A stretch of DNA of 59,657 bases, the filler included, from Pseudomonadota bacterium (lineage in GTDB: Bacteria > Bdellovibrionota_F > JAHFAK01 > JBDREC01), in NCBI GenBank assembly GCA_043820105.1. It is 4 parts of 4 records of this genome, joined end to end, with 100 filler letters (N's around TTAATTAATTAA, not from the genome) between each part and the next. Parts side by side here need not be neighbours in the genome. Positions count along the whole stretch, not along the records: positions 39,331 to 59,657 come from JBDREC010000105.1; 3 more parts are not named here. One strand, 5' to 3'. Each line of letters begins with the position of its first letter. Position 1 is the stretch's first letter. A program made the position numbers and the translations under genes. The notes under the pieces are model-generated. The model searched no databases and was not told the DNA's origin. It saw only the letters and a program-made list of their open reading frames with translations. Below are positions 50,389-59,657 of the stretch, in pieces.

Positions 50389-51529
50389 AATTTGCCTGAA
50401 AAAATTTCCGCTTGTTAAACCAACGAATATTGATGGTTCTGAAAATATTGCAAGCTTAATTGATAAATCATTTTATGCATATAATGCTGGCAGATTAAAG
50501 GAATCTTGTCGATTGCTATGTGAGAAAATGTTAACAGAAGATAACCTTGTTGCAATGAGCATAGCTGGAGCATTAACACCAGCTGGTATTGGAACTTCTT
50601 GCATAGTACCTTTAATAAAAGCTGGCTTCATTGATTGGATTGTATCAACAGGCGCAAACCTATATCATGATGCACATTATTCACTTGGCCTAAATCTACA
50701 TCAAGGCTCACCTTTTATGAACGATACTTCCCTAAGAGAATCTCAAATAGTAAGAATATATGATGTGCTATTTGATTTTAACGTGCTTTTAGATACTGAT
50801 GCTTATATTACAAAAACCATAGCCAGTCATAAGGAATTTCACAAAACAATGGGATCTGCTGAATTTCATTATCTCCTTGGAAAACACTTAACTGAAAGGG
50901 AAAAGGCCTTAGACCTGGACAATATTTCCATATTAACCACTGCATATAAGTACAAGGTTCCAGTTTATACTTCCTCTCCTGGCGATAGTTCAATTGGAAT
51001 GAATGCAGCAATTTTAAATTTAATTGGTTCTGAATGCAGAGTTGACCCAAGTGTTGACGTAAATGAAACATCAGCAATTGTCTATAATTATAAAAAAGAT
51101 GATAAGAAAAGTGGCGTAGTGATCTTAGGTGGAGGTTCTCCTAAAAACTTCATTTTACAAACTGAGCCATATATTCAAGAGATCATGAAGTTGGAAGAAA
51201 AAGGTCATAATTACTTTTTACAAATCACAGACGCCAGACCAGACACTGGCGGCTTATCAGGAGCAACACCTTCTGAGGCTGTTAGTTGGGGTAAAATAGA
51301 TCCTGAAAATTTACCAGATTCAATAGTTACGTATGCAGACACAACAATTGCTCTTCCCCTAATCACTTCATATATTTTAAACAAAATTGATCCAAGGGAA
51401 CATAAAAAACTCTATGACAAGCGTGAAGAATTTATGAGTAAAATGAAAAAAGACTTTCTTGAAATAAACACTAAAAACACACCCCCTGCATATATTAAGC
51501 AATTTTTGAAAAATGATGTTAAATCTTAA
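50381..51529 (+). CDS. Deoxyhypusine synthase-like protein (possibly homospermidine synthesis)
   Basis: STGANLYHD, GGGSPKNF, GGLSGATPSEAVSWGK. Confidence 0.92.
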   Translation: MDKICLKKFPLVKPTNIDGSENIASLIDKSFYAYNAGRLKESCRLLCEKMLTEDNLVAMSIAGALTPAGIGTSCIVPLIKAGFIDWIVSTGANLYHDAHYSLGLNLHQGSPFMNDTSLRESQIVRIYDVLFDFNVLLDTDAYITKTIASHKEFHKTMGSAEFHYLLGKHLTEREKALDLDNISILTTAYKYKVPVYTSSPGDSSIGMNAAILNLIGSECRVDPSVDVNETSAIVYNYKKDDKKSGVVILGGGSPKNFILQTEPYIQEIMKLEEKGHNYFLQITDARPDTGGLSGATPSEAVSWGKIDPENLPDSIVTYADTTIALPLITSYILNKIDPREHKKLYDKREEFMSKMKKDFLEINTKNTPPAYIKQFLKNDVKS

Positions 51530-51558
51530 GCATTATTAAAAGAATCTGCTTAGCCTTT

Positions 51559-52191
51559 TTATCCATTGGAATATATATATGGATTGCTTTCTTTTTCATA
51601 TGCAACACTTGTTTGCTGACCATGTCCCGGAAAAATGATTATTTCACCTGGCAAGCTAAATATTTTATCCTGTATTGTTTTAAGTAAAGTACCCTCATGT
51701 CCACCTGGCAAATCACAACGACCAATACTTTCAAAGAAAATCGTATCACCTGAAAAGAGTTTTTCATCTATTAATAAAGAGATTCCACCTGCTGTGTGTC
51801 CTGGTGTAGAGATAATTTTTATTGCAACATTGCCAATTGATAATTGTGTGTTTTCATTTAAGTCAAAGTAAACTTCAGGAATTTCAAAGTCTAGATAACC
51901 ATATTTCGGAGCAACTAATTTCGACAACTCAAGATTATTAAGTTCAAGGCTATTTAAGTAAAAGGGGAGATTAAGTTCATTACAAAGTTCTTTGGCTCCT
52001 GCTACATGGTCAATATGTCCATGTGTAGCTATAATGAATTCTGTTTGAAGATTATTTTCATTCAAATATTGTAAAATAAGCTCATTTTCTCCACCAGGAT
52101 CAATGATAATCGCTTTTTTTGTTTTAAAATCATTAACTATATATGTATTTACATAAATTGGACCTACACAGAATTTTTTTATGTTTATCAT
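51559..52191 (-). CDS. Glyoxalase II-like MBL-fold hydrolase
   Basis: THGHIDH, TPGHTAG, FSGD, PGHG. Confidence 0.92.
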   Translation of the reverse strand: MINIKKFCVGPIYVNTYIVNDFKTKKAIIIDPGGENELILQYLNENNLQTEFIIATHGHIDHVAGAKELCNELNLPFYLNSLELNNLELSKLVAPKYGYLDFEIPEVYFDLNENTQLSIGNVAIKIISTPGHTAGGISLLIDEKLFSGDTIFFESIGRCDLPGGHEGTLLKTIQDKIFSLPGEIIIFPGHGQQTSVAYEKESNPYIYSNG

Positions 52192-52290
52192 TCTTTTTCC
52201 TTTTTTTGCTTAAAATTTCCTTATCTAATCAATGTTAAATAAAATCAATTAAATTCATATGATAAAAATATATTCTAATTTTATTTTGGA

Positions 52291-52328
52291 TCTCAGATTT
52301 TTGATATATTAGTCTCAGTTAATTGAGA
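52291..52328. promoter_or_regulatory. Tandem palindromic sites TCTCA-N6-TGA(T/G)A, 22 bp apart; candidate enhancer for the wcaJ sigma54 promoter
   Basis: 52291-52306 and 52313-52328, about -133..-96. Confidence 0.65.
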
Positions 52329-52397
52329 TTTTAGCTTCACATACTTAAAATCGTTGCAAATAACCGTAACAATTCAAACACTTAACGACATGTCCAT

Positions 52398-52413
52398 TGG
52401 CATGTTTATTGCA
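52398..52413 (+). promoter_or_regulatory. Sigma54 promoter TGGCATGTTTATTGCA
   Basis: GG-N10-GC consensus upstream of wcaJ. Confidence 0.8.
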
Positions 52414-52507
52414 TCTAAACAATACCATTTAAATAAGGAGGGGACAAGCCCCTCCACTACAGAGGACATTAAAATAAACCAACTCGTATGAGAGGTTTAT
52501 AAAAATA

Positions 52508-53944
52508 ATGTTTTCAAAATTTAAAAGGATAATATACATGTTTAAAAACGGCTCATTTTCAAAAAGATATGGAAGCCAGTTGCGTCTTGGAGTAAAGATA
52601 ATTGATATAACCCTAATAATATTATCTTGGGTTTTATCCTATTTGATTTTTAATGGTTTTACTTTTGAAGGTGCCTATAAGTCGATATTTGAAATTAATT
52701 CAGCTATTCCAATCATTGTAACAATTTTTGTTGTGACAATAACCATGGCCTGGTCGGGCTTATATGGAGCAAGAAGAACAGCACATCTTTCTAGTGAATA
52801 TGCTTTGATTTTCAAATCAATATCAATATCAGTATTATTTTTATTATCCACATCCTTTTTTCTAAAAAGTAACCTTTCAAGAATTACCATTGCATATTTC
52901 TTTGTTTTTTCAAATATAAGTTTAATTTCATTTAGAACTTGTCTTAGATTGCTTTTGCAGCACCTGAGGAAAAAAGGCTTAAATACTCGCCATGTGCTTA
53001 TTATCGGTTCTGGTGATATGGGAAGAAAACTTCTTGAGAAGATTCAAAAGAACTCCTGGATGGGATTAAAGGTTGTTGGTTTTTTAGATGATAAATACAA
53101 ATTAAATCAAAAGATAAATAATGTTCCTGTGATTGGTAAAATAGAACAGGTCAAAGATATTTTAAAAGTTTATAATATTGATCAGATTTTTATTTCCTTG
53201 CCTCTTGGAGCCTATAAAAAAGTAGATTATATAATGAAAAAACTACATGATGAGCTAGTTACGATCAGGCTTGTACCTCAAATTAGCTATATGATCAGTG
53301 CGGCTGTTGAAAATATTGAGGGTATTCCAATAATTACACTTGTTGAGAATCCAACTCTAGGTTTTGATGCAGTTTCAAAAAGAATTTTTGATATATGTTT
53401 CTCATTTTTTGTTTTAATTTTGATTTCACCAATAATGCTAATAATAGCTCTGCTAGTTATGCTTACATCAAGAGGCCCCATTTTTTATAAACAAGAAAGA
53501 ATGGGACTTGATGGAAGAGTATTCGGAATGCTTAAATACAGATCTATGTCTGTTGGTGCTGAAAAAGGTATTGGTGCCGTGTGGGCCATAAAAGATGATC
53601 CAAGAACAACAAAAATAGGGGCATTCTTAAGGAAAACCAGCCTGGATGAGCTTCCCCAATTTATTAATGTATTAAAGGGTGATATGTCCATTGTTGGTCC
53701 AAGACCAGAAAGACCACCTCTAATTGATAAATTTAAAAAAGAAATTCCTATGTACATGTGGAGACATAAAATAAAAACTGGTATTACTGGTTGGGCTCAA
53801 GTAAATGGCTGGAGAGGAAATACATCTTTATCAAAGAGAATTGAGTGTGATCTTTATTATATCGAAAACTGGAGCTTTCTATTTGATATAAAAATTATAT
53901 TCCTAACAGTCTTTAAAGGATTTGTTAATAAAAACGCTTATTGA
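52508..53944 (+). CDS. wcaJ: Undecaprenyl-phosphate glucose phosphotransferase (WcaJ-like); true start may be 52538
   Basis: N-terminal TMs, KRIFD, KYRSM, DDPR, SLDELPQ, GPRPE, GITGWAQVNG. Confidence 0.9.
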   Translation: MFSKFKRIIYMFKNGSFSKRYGSQLRLGVKIIDITLIILSWVLSYLIFNGFTFEGAYKSIFEINSAIPIIVTIFVVTITMAWSGLYGARRTAHLSSEYALIFKSISISVLFLLSTSFFLKSNLSRITIAYFFVFSNISLISFRTCLRLLLQHLRKKGLNTRHVLIIGSGDMGRKLLEKIQKNSWMGLKVVGFLDDKYKLNQKINNVPVIGKIEQVKDILKVYNIDQIFISLPLGAYKKVDYIMKKLHDELVTIRLVPQISYMISAAVENIEGIPIITLVENPTLGFDAVSKRIFDICFSFFVLILISPIMLIIALLVMLTSRGPIFYKQERMGLDGRVFGMLKYRSMSVGAEKGIGAVWAIKDDPRTTKIGAFLRKTSLDELPQFINVLKGDMSIVGPRPERPPLIDKFKKEIPMYMWRHKIKTGITGWAQVNGWRGNTSLSKRIECDLYYIENWSFLFDIKIIFLTVFKGFVNKNAY

Positions 53945-53966
53945 TAAGTGCTTATTAAGAATTATA

Positions 53967-53987
53967 GTTGCAGGTTGCTGGTTGCTT
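53967..53987. repeat. Short (GTTGCNN)x3 heptamer array between convergent genes
   Basis: Reverse complement of the CCAGCAA units near 9192. Confidence 0.55.
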
Positions 53988-53997
53988 CTTTTAAGGC

Positions 53998-54516
53998 TTA
54001 ATACTTTAGTTTAGCGTCGAAATCACCGTATAAGGTTCCTTCTGGAAAATATGCTTCAAAATATCCTGAAACCTTATCATTATAATAATAGCCAATTCTA
54101 TCAAAATAAATTTGACCACCTGCTGCATAGCTTGTGAATGATTGACCATTATTATTATAGTTTAATTCAATCTGATAGTTGCGTGTTATATCTTGATACG
54201 TATAAGGTGTAATAGCATATAAATCATAGATTGTAATTTCCATGCTATTGTAATCATATACATCTCCAATATAAATAGTCGCGCTTGATCCCATTGATGA
54301 ACCATAGCTTGAAGATCCCATATAAGAACTTCCATAATAACTAGATGCATAAGCATTATTGCTTCCAATAAATGCATAAGTATCATGTTTAAAATTATAA
54401 TATGTTCCGTTTAATGTCCCTTCAACTGTCCCATGATTGCCACAACCTGTCACAAAAAAGGCTAAAGACAACACAAAACAACATATTGATATTACATAGA
54501 TTAACTTATTTTTCAT
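53998..54516 (-). CDS. Hypothetical Tyr/Ser-rich lipoprotein (start probably MKNKL)
   Basis: Lipobox VTGC; GGAG upstream of ATG 54516. Confidence 0.75.
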   Translation of the reverse strand: MKNKLIYVISICCFVLSLAFFVTGCGNHGTVEGTLNGTYYNFKHDTYAFIGSNNAYASSYYGSSYMGSSSYGSSMGSSATIYIGDVYDYNSMEITIYDLYAITPYTYQDITRNYQIELNYNNNGQSFTSYAAGGQIYFDRIGYYYNDKVSGYFEAYFPEGTLYGDFDAKLKY

Positions 54517-54559
54517 CTCTTTGCACTCCATGGAAAATTGTTTTATATATGATTATGGT

Positions 54560-54575
54560 TGCAAATTTGATGCCA
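54560..54575 (-). promoter_or_regulatory. Sigma54 promoter TGGCATCAAATTTGCA
   Basis: GG-N10-GC consensus, +1 about 54549, upstream of the lipoprotein. Confidence 0.78.
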
Positions 54576-54586
54576 GTTTAATTTTC

Positions 54587-54625
54587 ATTGAGAATTAATT
54601 ATTAATTGTTGATTATTGATTATTT
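54587..54625. repeat. ATTGATT/ATTAATT heptamer array downstream of folC
   Basis: Five phased units. Confidence 0.78.
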
Positions 54626-54651
54626 AAATTCCCCAAACTAAGAATTGTCAT

Positions 54652-55914
54652 TCACCTATTCAATATATAATTACGCAAATCCCCAGCAAGGAAAAATGAT
54701 CCTGTAACAATCAAAGGAAGCCTTTTTTTATTTATATAATCTTCATAAGCATCTTCTGGATCTATTTTAATATGAACTTCTTTCCCAAATTTTTTATTAA
54801 TATAATTATAAGCAGAAGCCAAATCCCAAGTTGCTCTAAATGGATTATTAAACCTTGTTATATAATATGTAGAAACAAATGGATCCAACTTATTTAATAT
54901 TTTTCTAAAATCTTTATTATTAGCCATAGCGATTATAAGATCAAACTTTGAAATCTCTTTATATTTTAAATAATCAATCAAAGCTTCAATTTTTGACTCA
55001 TTATGGGCACCATCAACGAGAATAAAGGGGTCCGTTGACAAAATCTCATGACGAGCGGGTAATTTATATTCTCTTTTTAATTTTGATTCATTTTTTAGTG
55101 AATACAATCTCGCAACAGTATCAATAATTTCCTTATTTGCTTGTAGAAAATAAGGAAGCTCTGATTTATTATTTCTCTTAGGTCCCACAAAACAAACATC
55201 TGCTTTTTTTAGCTTAGCTTGATGCAGGAATATTTTTTTAATTTTAGACCTAGGTTCAGTAGTAATTAAAATTCCATTTTTTTTAATAATACCTGATTTA
55301 TCCCAGGCTATTTCCTCAAGCGTGTTTCCCAAAATATGCATATGATCATAGTCAACATTTGTTATAATAGAAATTCCAGAATCACTAACAGCATTTGTTG
55401 CATCATACCTTCCTCCACATCCCACTTCTAAAGTAACTAATTCGCATTTTGCTTTTTGGAAAATAACAAGAGCTTGAGCAAGCAAAACCTCAAAGGTTGA
55501 AGGTAAGCCCCATTTGCTCGTTGCCATCATTGGCATAATTTTAACAACTTCCTTTAGGGAGTGAAGAAAGACTGATGGACTTATTTCACAGCCATTTACC
55601 ACAAACCTTTCACAAAAACTAGAGACGTGTGGCGAAAAATAGGACCCTACTTTCATGTTTGAATTTAAAAATAAATTATGTAGGCCGCCATTAACAGATC
55701 CTTTTCCACTGGTTCCACCAACAAGTAAAATATCCATATCTTTTTCGGGTTTTTCCAGTAAGTCAAGCAGGGCTCGCATTCTATTTAAAAACAATCTGTT
55801 TCTTTTTCTAGTTTGCATATATTCTTTTCTTCTTATGTTAGATAAAGAATATATTATTTCCTGAGCCTTTAAATAATCCTTATTAAATAAAATATTATTG
55901 CTTTTTTTCTTCAT
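54652..55914 (-). CDS. folC: Folylpolyglutamate/dihydrofolate synthase
   Basis: GGTSGKGS, SPH, FE, EVGCGGRYDATN, DH...LG, DGAHN, TGSFFL. Confidence 0.92.
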   Translation of the reverse strand: MKKKSNNILFNKDYLKAQEIIYSLSNIRRKEYMQTRKRNRLFLNRMRALLDLLEKPEKDMDILLVGGTSGKGSVNGGLHNLFLNSNMKVGSYFSPHVSSFCERFVVNGCEISPSVFLHSLKEVVKIMPMMATSKWGLPSTFEVLLAQALVIFQKAKCELVTLEVGCGGRYDATNAVSDSGISIITNVDYDHMHILGNTLEEIAWDKSGIIKKNGILITTEPRSKIKKIFLHQAKLKKADVCFVGPKRNNKSELPYFLQANKEIIDTVARLYSLKNESKLKREYKLPARHEILSTDPFILVDGAHNESKIEALIDYLKYKEISKFDLIIAMANNKDFRKILNKLDPFVSTYYITRFNNPFRATWDLASAYNYINKKFGKEVHIKIDPEDAYEDYINKKRLPLIVTGSFFLAGDLRNYILNR

Positions 55915-55935
55915 AAATTTTTTCCATAAATAAAA

Positions 55936-58900
55936 TTATTTTGGTCTATAGGTGGGTCTTTGGATAATTGGATTTTTCTTAACAATAAAATTAACTTTGC
56001 TTCCTGGGATTGAATCCTCAATTTCCAGGGCAGTCTGAAGTGAAGCAGTTATTTTATGATCATCAGAAGCCTTAATTTTTACTTTATACTTATCATCTTC
56101 TACAATTATATTTAAAAATGCCTCACCTGGACGATTTTCAATTATTTTATTCAGCTTTGAAATACTATCGTTTTTTATATTTTCTTTTAACAAACACACT
56201 TCGCAGCTTTCAATATTGACTTTCATTGCATCTTTAATAGTAAATATTTTATTTGCTATTACTTTATGAAGGTCTGACTCAACTTGTAGGTTTCCATTAA
56301 TAAAAATAGGTTCATCACTTTGTAGAGACTCGGCAGACTCTTCGAAAACTTTTGGAAAAACAATAAGTTCAATATTTCCACTAAGATCTTCAATTGAAGC
56401 AAAAGCCATTTTGGACTGTGATTTAGTTAATAAAACCTTAAGAGTTGAAACTACTCCAATAAAATTAATTTCCATTGCAGATTTTTCTCTTTTTAAATCG
56501 CTTATTTTAAAAACAGATAATCTTTTTAATAAGCTTTCATGCTCATCTAGTGGATGTCCTGACAAATAAAAACCCAAAAGTTCTTTTTCATTTTTTAAGA
56601 TTATTGCTTTTGACCATTCTTCTGTAATACCCGTGCATTCTGTCTTTCTACTTTGATCTTCTTTAAAGGCTTCATGAAAGGAATCAAACATATTTAGCTG
56701 GCCAGACTCTCTATCACTCTGAATAATTGAAGAATGTTCTATAGCTGTATCAATTTCGCTAAATATCTTGGCTCTGTTATCTTCAATTGAATCAAAGGTT
56801 CCGCATTTAATTAAACTTTCAATAACTTTTTTATTAACTTTCCTGGTGTCTATTTGTTCGCAAAAGTGAAAAAATGTTTTAAATTTTCCCTTTTTTCTAG
56901 TTTCTAAAATTGAGGCAATAGCAGCTGTACCCATGTTTTTAATAGCACCTAAGCCAAAGCGAATCTTTCCATTAATAATTGTAAAATCTTCTTCACTTTC
57001 GTTTATATCAGGAGGAAGCAAGGCAATGCCTAATCTTTTTGACTCATCAAGATACCTGACAACCTTATCTGTGTTATCCATTTCATTTGAAATTAAAGCA
57101 GCTAAAAATTCAACAGGATAAAATGTTTTTAAATATGCAGTTTGATAGGCAATAAGAGCATAAGCAGCTGAGTGAGACTTATTAAAACCATAACCTGCAA
57201 AGTAGTTAATTAATTCAAATATTTCTGAAGCCTTCTTCTTTGACACATTATTTTTTATAGCCCCTCCAACAAAAAGTTCTTTTTGCTGCCTCATAACTTC
57301 AATTTTTTTCTTACCCATAGCCCTACGCAAGATATCTGCTTGTCCTAATGTATAACTAGCCAGACGTGAGGCAATCTGCATAACTTGCTCTTGATAAACA
57401 ATAATACCATAAGTTTCTTTTAGAATTTCAGCAAGAGCTGGGTGTGGATATTCTACCTCAATAAGCTTATGTTTTCTTTTCCAAAAATCTTCAACCATAC
57501 CGCTACCAAGTGGGCCTGGTCTATATAGAGCAACCGCTGCAATAATATCTTCAAAACAATCTGGTTTAATCTTTTTGAGAAGATCTTGAAAGCCTGAACT
57601 TTCTAGCTGGAAAACACCACAGCTTTGACCTGAGGAAATTAAATCAAAAACTTCTTTTTTATCAAGAGGAATGTAGCGAATATCAATAACTTTTTCAGAC
57701 TCAGATCGATTTCTATTAATATGTGCACAGGCATGTTCAATTACAGTAAGTGTTTTTAGACCCAAGAAATCAAATTTAACCAGACCAACTTCTTCTACTT
57801 CTTCCTTGGCAAACTGAGTGATTTGTTCACCATTTGTACCTCTATATAAAGGAACATATTCTATTAAGGGTTCGCGTGAAATAACGATTCCAGCTGCATG
57901 CATACCTGCATGTCTATTTAAACCTTCTAAAGACAAAGCATATCTAATTAAATCTGCATAAGCTTTATTGTCTTGTTGAATTTTGATAAGCTGTGGTTCT
58001 GTTTCTAAAGCTTTTTCCAATGTTATTTCCAAAACTTCTGGAACAAGTTTTGCGATCTTATCAACTTCAGAATATGGAATGTTTAAAACACGTCCAACAT
58101 CTCTAATTACTCCCCTGGCCCTTAAAGAACCATAAGTGATAATTTGAGCTACATGATCTTTTCCATATTTTAAAGTTACATAATCAATAACTTCATCACG
58201 CCTTTTCATGCAAAAATCTATATCAAAATCAGGCATTGACACTCTTTCAGGGTTCAAAAACCGCTCAAATAAAAGTCCATATTGAATGGGATCAAGGTCA
58301 GTAATACTAAGACAGTATGCAACCAAGGACCCCGCACCAGACCCGCGGCCAGGCCCAACTGCAATATTATTTTCTCTGGCAAATTTAATAAAATCCCAAA
58401 CAATAAGAAAATAACCAGCAAAGCCCATGTTATTAATAACTTCAAGTTCAACCTTCAAACGATCTACATATTCTTGTTTGTCTACATCTTTTAAAATAAT
58501 TTCAAATTTTTCTGAAAGTCCATCAAAGGCAACTTGTTCAAGATATGATTTTAGATCATAGCCTTCTGGTACGTTATAATCAGGCAAATAAGTACTGCCT
58601 AGATCAAGCTCAAGATTACATTGCTCTGCAATTTTGCAGGTATTTTCCAAAGCTTCAGGATAGTTTGCAAAACTTGCCTGCATTTCTTGAGGGCTTTTTA
58701 AGAAGAATTCACTTGTCTCATGAGTCATTCTGTTTTGATCAGTTATAACTTTTCCTGTTTGAATGCACATTAAAATTTCATGAGCCATGTAATCTTCACG
58801 GTTAATATAATGGCAGTCATTTGTAGCTACTAAAGGAATATTAGTTTCTTTTGAGATTTGCACTAAGGAATCATTGACCTTCTCTTGGCCAGGAAGCTTT

Positions 58901-59424
58901 GAGTCCATCATTTCAAGATAGAATGAACCTTCTCCTAAAATAGTTTGATATTCTAAAGCACAAAGCTTTGCCTCATCGTATCTTTCAGCTAAAATAAATG
59001 AGGGAATTTCTCCACCCATACAAGCAGAAAGTCCAATTATACCTTCAGCATGTTTTCTTAAAACCTCTTTATCAATCCTGGGATTATAATAAAATCCCTC
59101 TAAATATCCAATACTAACTAATTTAATTAGATTTTTATACCCAATATTATTCTTTGCAAGTAAAACCAAATGATGTGAAAGCCTTTCAGATCTATCAAAT
59201 CTACCAAGTGGAGCTAAGTAGACCTCTGAACCAATAATTGGCTTAATTCCAGCCTTTTTTGCTTTTTTATAAAAATCAACAGTGCCAAACAGATTTCCAT
59301 GATCAGTCATGGCCAAAGCTTTCATACCAAAGCTTTTAGCTTTTTCCAAAACTTTATCAATCCTATTTGCACCGTCTAATAAGCTATATTGAGTGTGTAA
59401 ATGTAGATGAACATAGTTGGACAT
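55936..59424 (-). CDS. dnaE: DNA polymerase III alpha subunit (start at MSNYVH)
   Basis: HLHLHTQYSLLDG, GRGSGAGS, PDFDIDF, KFDFLGL, FNKSHS; no intein seen. Confidence 0.98.
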   Translation of the reverse strand: MSNYVHLHLHTQYSLLDGANRIDKVLEKAKSFGMKALAMTDHGNLFGTVDFYKKAKKAGIKPIIGSEVYLAPLGRFDRSERLSHHLVLLAKNNIGYKNLIKLVSIGYLEGFYYNPRIDKEVLRKHAEGIIGLSACMGGEIPSFILAERYDEAKLCALEYQTILGEGSFYLEMMDSKLPGQEKVNDSLVQISKETNIPLVATNDCHYINREDYMAHEILMCIQTGKVITDQNRMTHETSEFFLKSPQEMQASFANYPEALENTCKIAEQCNLELDLGSTYLPDYNVPEGYDLKSYLEQVAFDGLSEKFEIILKDVDKQEYVDRLKVELEVINNMGFAGYFLIVWDFIKFARENNIAVGPGRGSGAGSLVAYCLSITDLDPIQYGLLFERFLNPERVSMPDFDIDFCMKRRDEVIDYVTLKYGKDHVAQIITYGSLRARGVIRDVGRVLNIPYSEVDKIAKLVPEVLEITLEKALETEPQLIKIQQDNKAYADLIRYALSLEGLNRHAGMHAAGIVISREPLIEYVPLYRGTNGEQITQFAKEEVEEVGLVKFDFLGLKTLTVIEHACAHINRNRSESEKVIDIRYIPLDKKEVFDLISSGQSCGVFQLESSGFQDLLKKIKPDCFEDIIAAVALYRPGPLGSGMVEDFWKRKHKLIEVEYPHPALAEILKETYGIIVYQEQVMQIASRLASYTLGQADILRRAMGKKKIEVMRQQKELFVGGAIKNNVSKKKASEIFELINYFAGYGFNKSHSAAYALIAYQTAYLKTFYPVEFLAALISNEMDNTDKVVRYLDESKRLGIALLPPDINESEEDFTIINGKIRFGLGAIKNMGTAAIASILETRKKGKFKTFFHFCEQIDTRKVNKKVIESLIKCGTFDSIEDNRAKIFSEIDTAIEHSSIIQSDRESGQLNMFDSFHEAFKEDQSRKTECTGITEEWSKAIILKNEKELLGFYLSGHPLDEHESLLKRLSVFKISDLKREKSAMEINFIGVVSTLKVLLTKSQSKMAFASIEDLSGNIELIVFPKVFEESAESLQSDEPIFINGNLQVESDLHKVIANKIFTIKDAMKVNIESCEVCLLKENIKNDSISKLNKIIENRPGEAFLNIIVEDDKYKVKIKASDDHKITASLQTALEIEDSIPGSKVNFIVKKNPIIQRPTYRPK

Positions 59425-59462
59425 AGAGCATCCTATTTTTAACAATCGAAATAAAGTATAAT

Positions 59463-59657
59463 AGTATTCAGTATTCTGTAGTCAGTATTCAGTCAAGAAA
59501 TTAAACCTAACACGAAAAATATCACTGAATACTGAATACTGAATACTGAATACTGAATACTGAATACTGAATACTGAATACTGAATACTGAATACTGAAT
59601 ACTGAATACTGAATACTGAATACTGAATACTGAATACTGAATACTGAATACTGAATA
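59463..59657. repeat. Inverted heptamer pair upstream of dnaE: (AGTATTC)x4.5 - 29 nt - (ACTGAAT)x19 running off the window end
   Basis: 59463-59494 and 59524-59657. Confidence 0.95.

Noticed and set aside
52844-52852. Perfect DnaA box TTATCCACA
   Set aside because: Single copy inside the wcaJ coding sequence; expected by chance.

Overview
A 59.7-kb, AT-rich (roughly 30% GC by eye) bacterial window made of four assembly pieces (1-9399, 9500-23726, 23827-39230, 39331-59657) joined by artificial 100-bp N44-TTAATTAATTAA-N44 linkers, so adjacency across the gaps is unproven. Gene content (DUF6178, cytochrome-c3-linked Rnf, several sigma54 promoters) suggests an anaerobic Deltaproteobacteria-like lineage; this is inference. 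Piece 1 is a proteolysis/amino-acid uptake cluster (C25, C1A and M29 peptidases, BrnQ). Piece 2 is dnaN-recF-gyrB-gyrA-serS-X-queA-tgt-yajC-secD. Piece 3 has pseudogenes, an AAA/DUF4143 ATPase and a cytochrome c-rnfCDGEAB-nuoGEF-like operon. Piece 4 has a purine-catabolism Mo-hydroxylase operon, oppA, a cNMP histidine kinase, a DHS-like gene, wcaJ, folC and dnaE. Two non-coding systems stand out. (1) Three paralogous ~62-69-nt candidate sRNA genes, each with a sigma54 promoter, an identical 12-bp motif at exactly -97..-86, an identical 22-nt core complementary to Shine-Dalgarno + AUG AAA, and its own intrinsic terminator. (2) Short tandem arrays (mostly heptamers, several sequence types) placed in a fixed orientation just upstream of ribosome-binding sites, often paired with an inverted partner array, and bracketing queA (inverted) and serS (direct). 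No rRNA, tRNA or CRISPR array was recognised.
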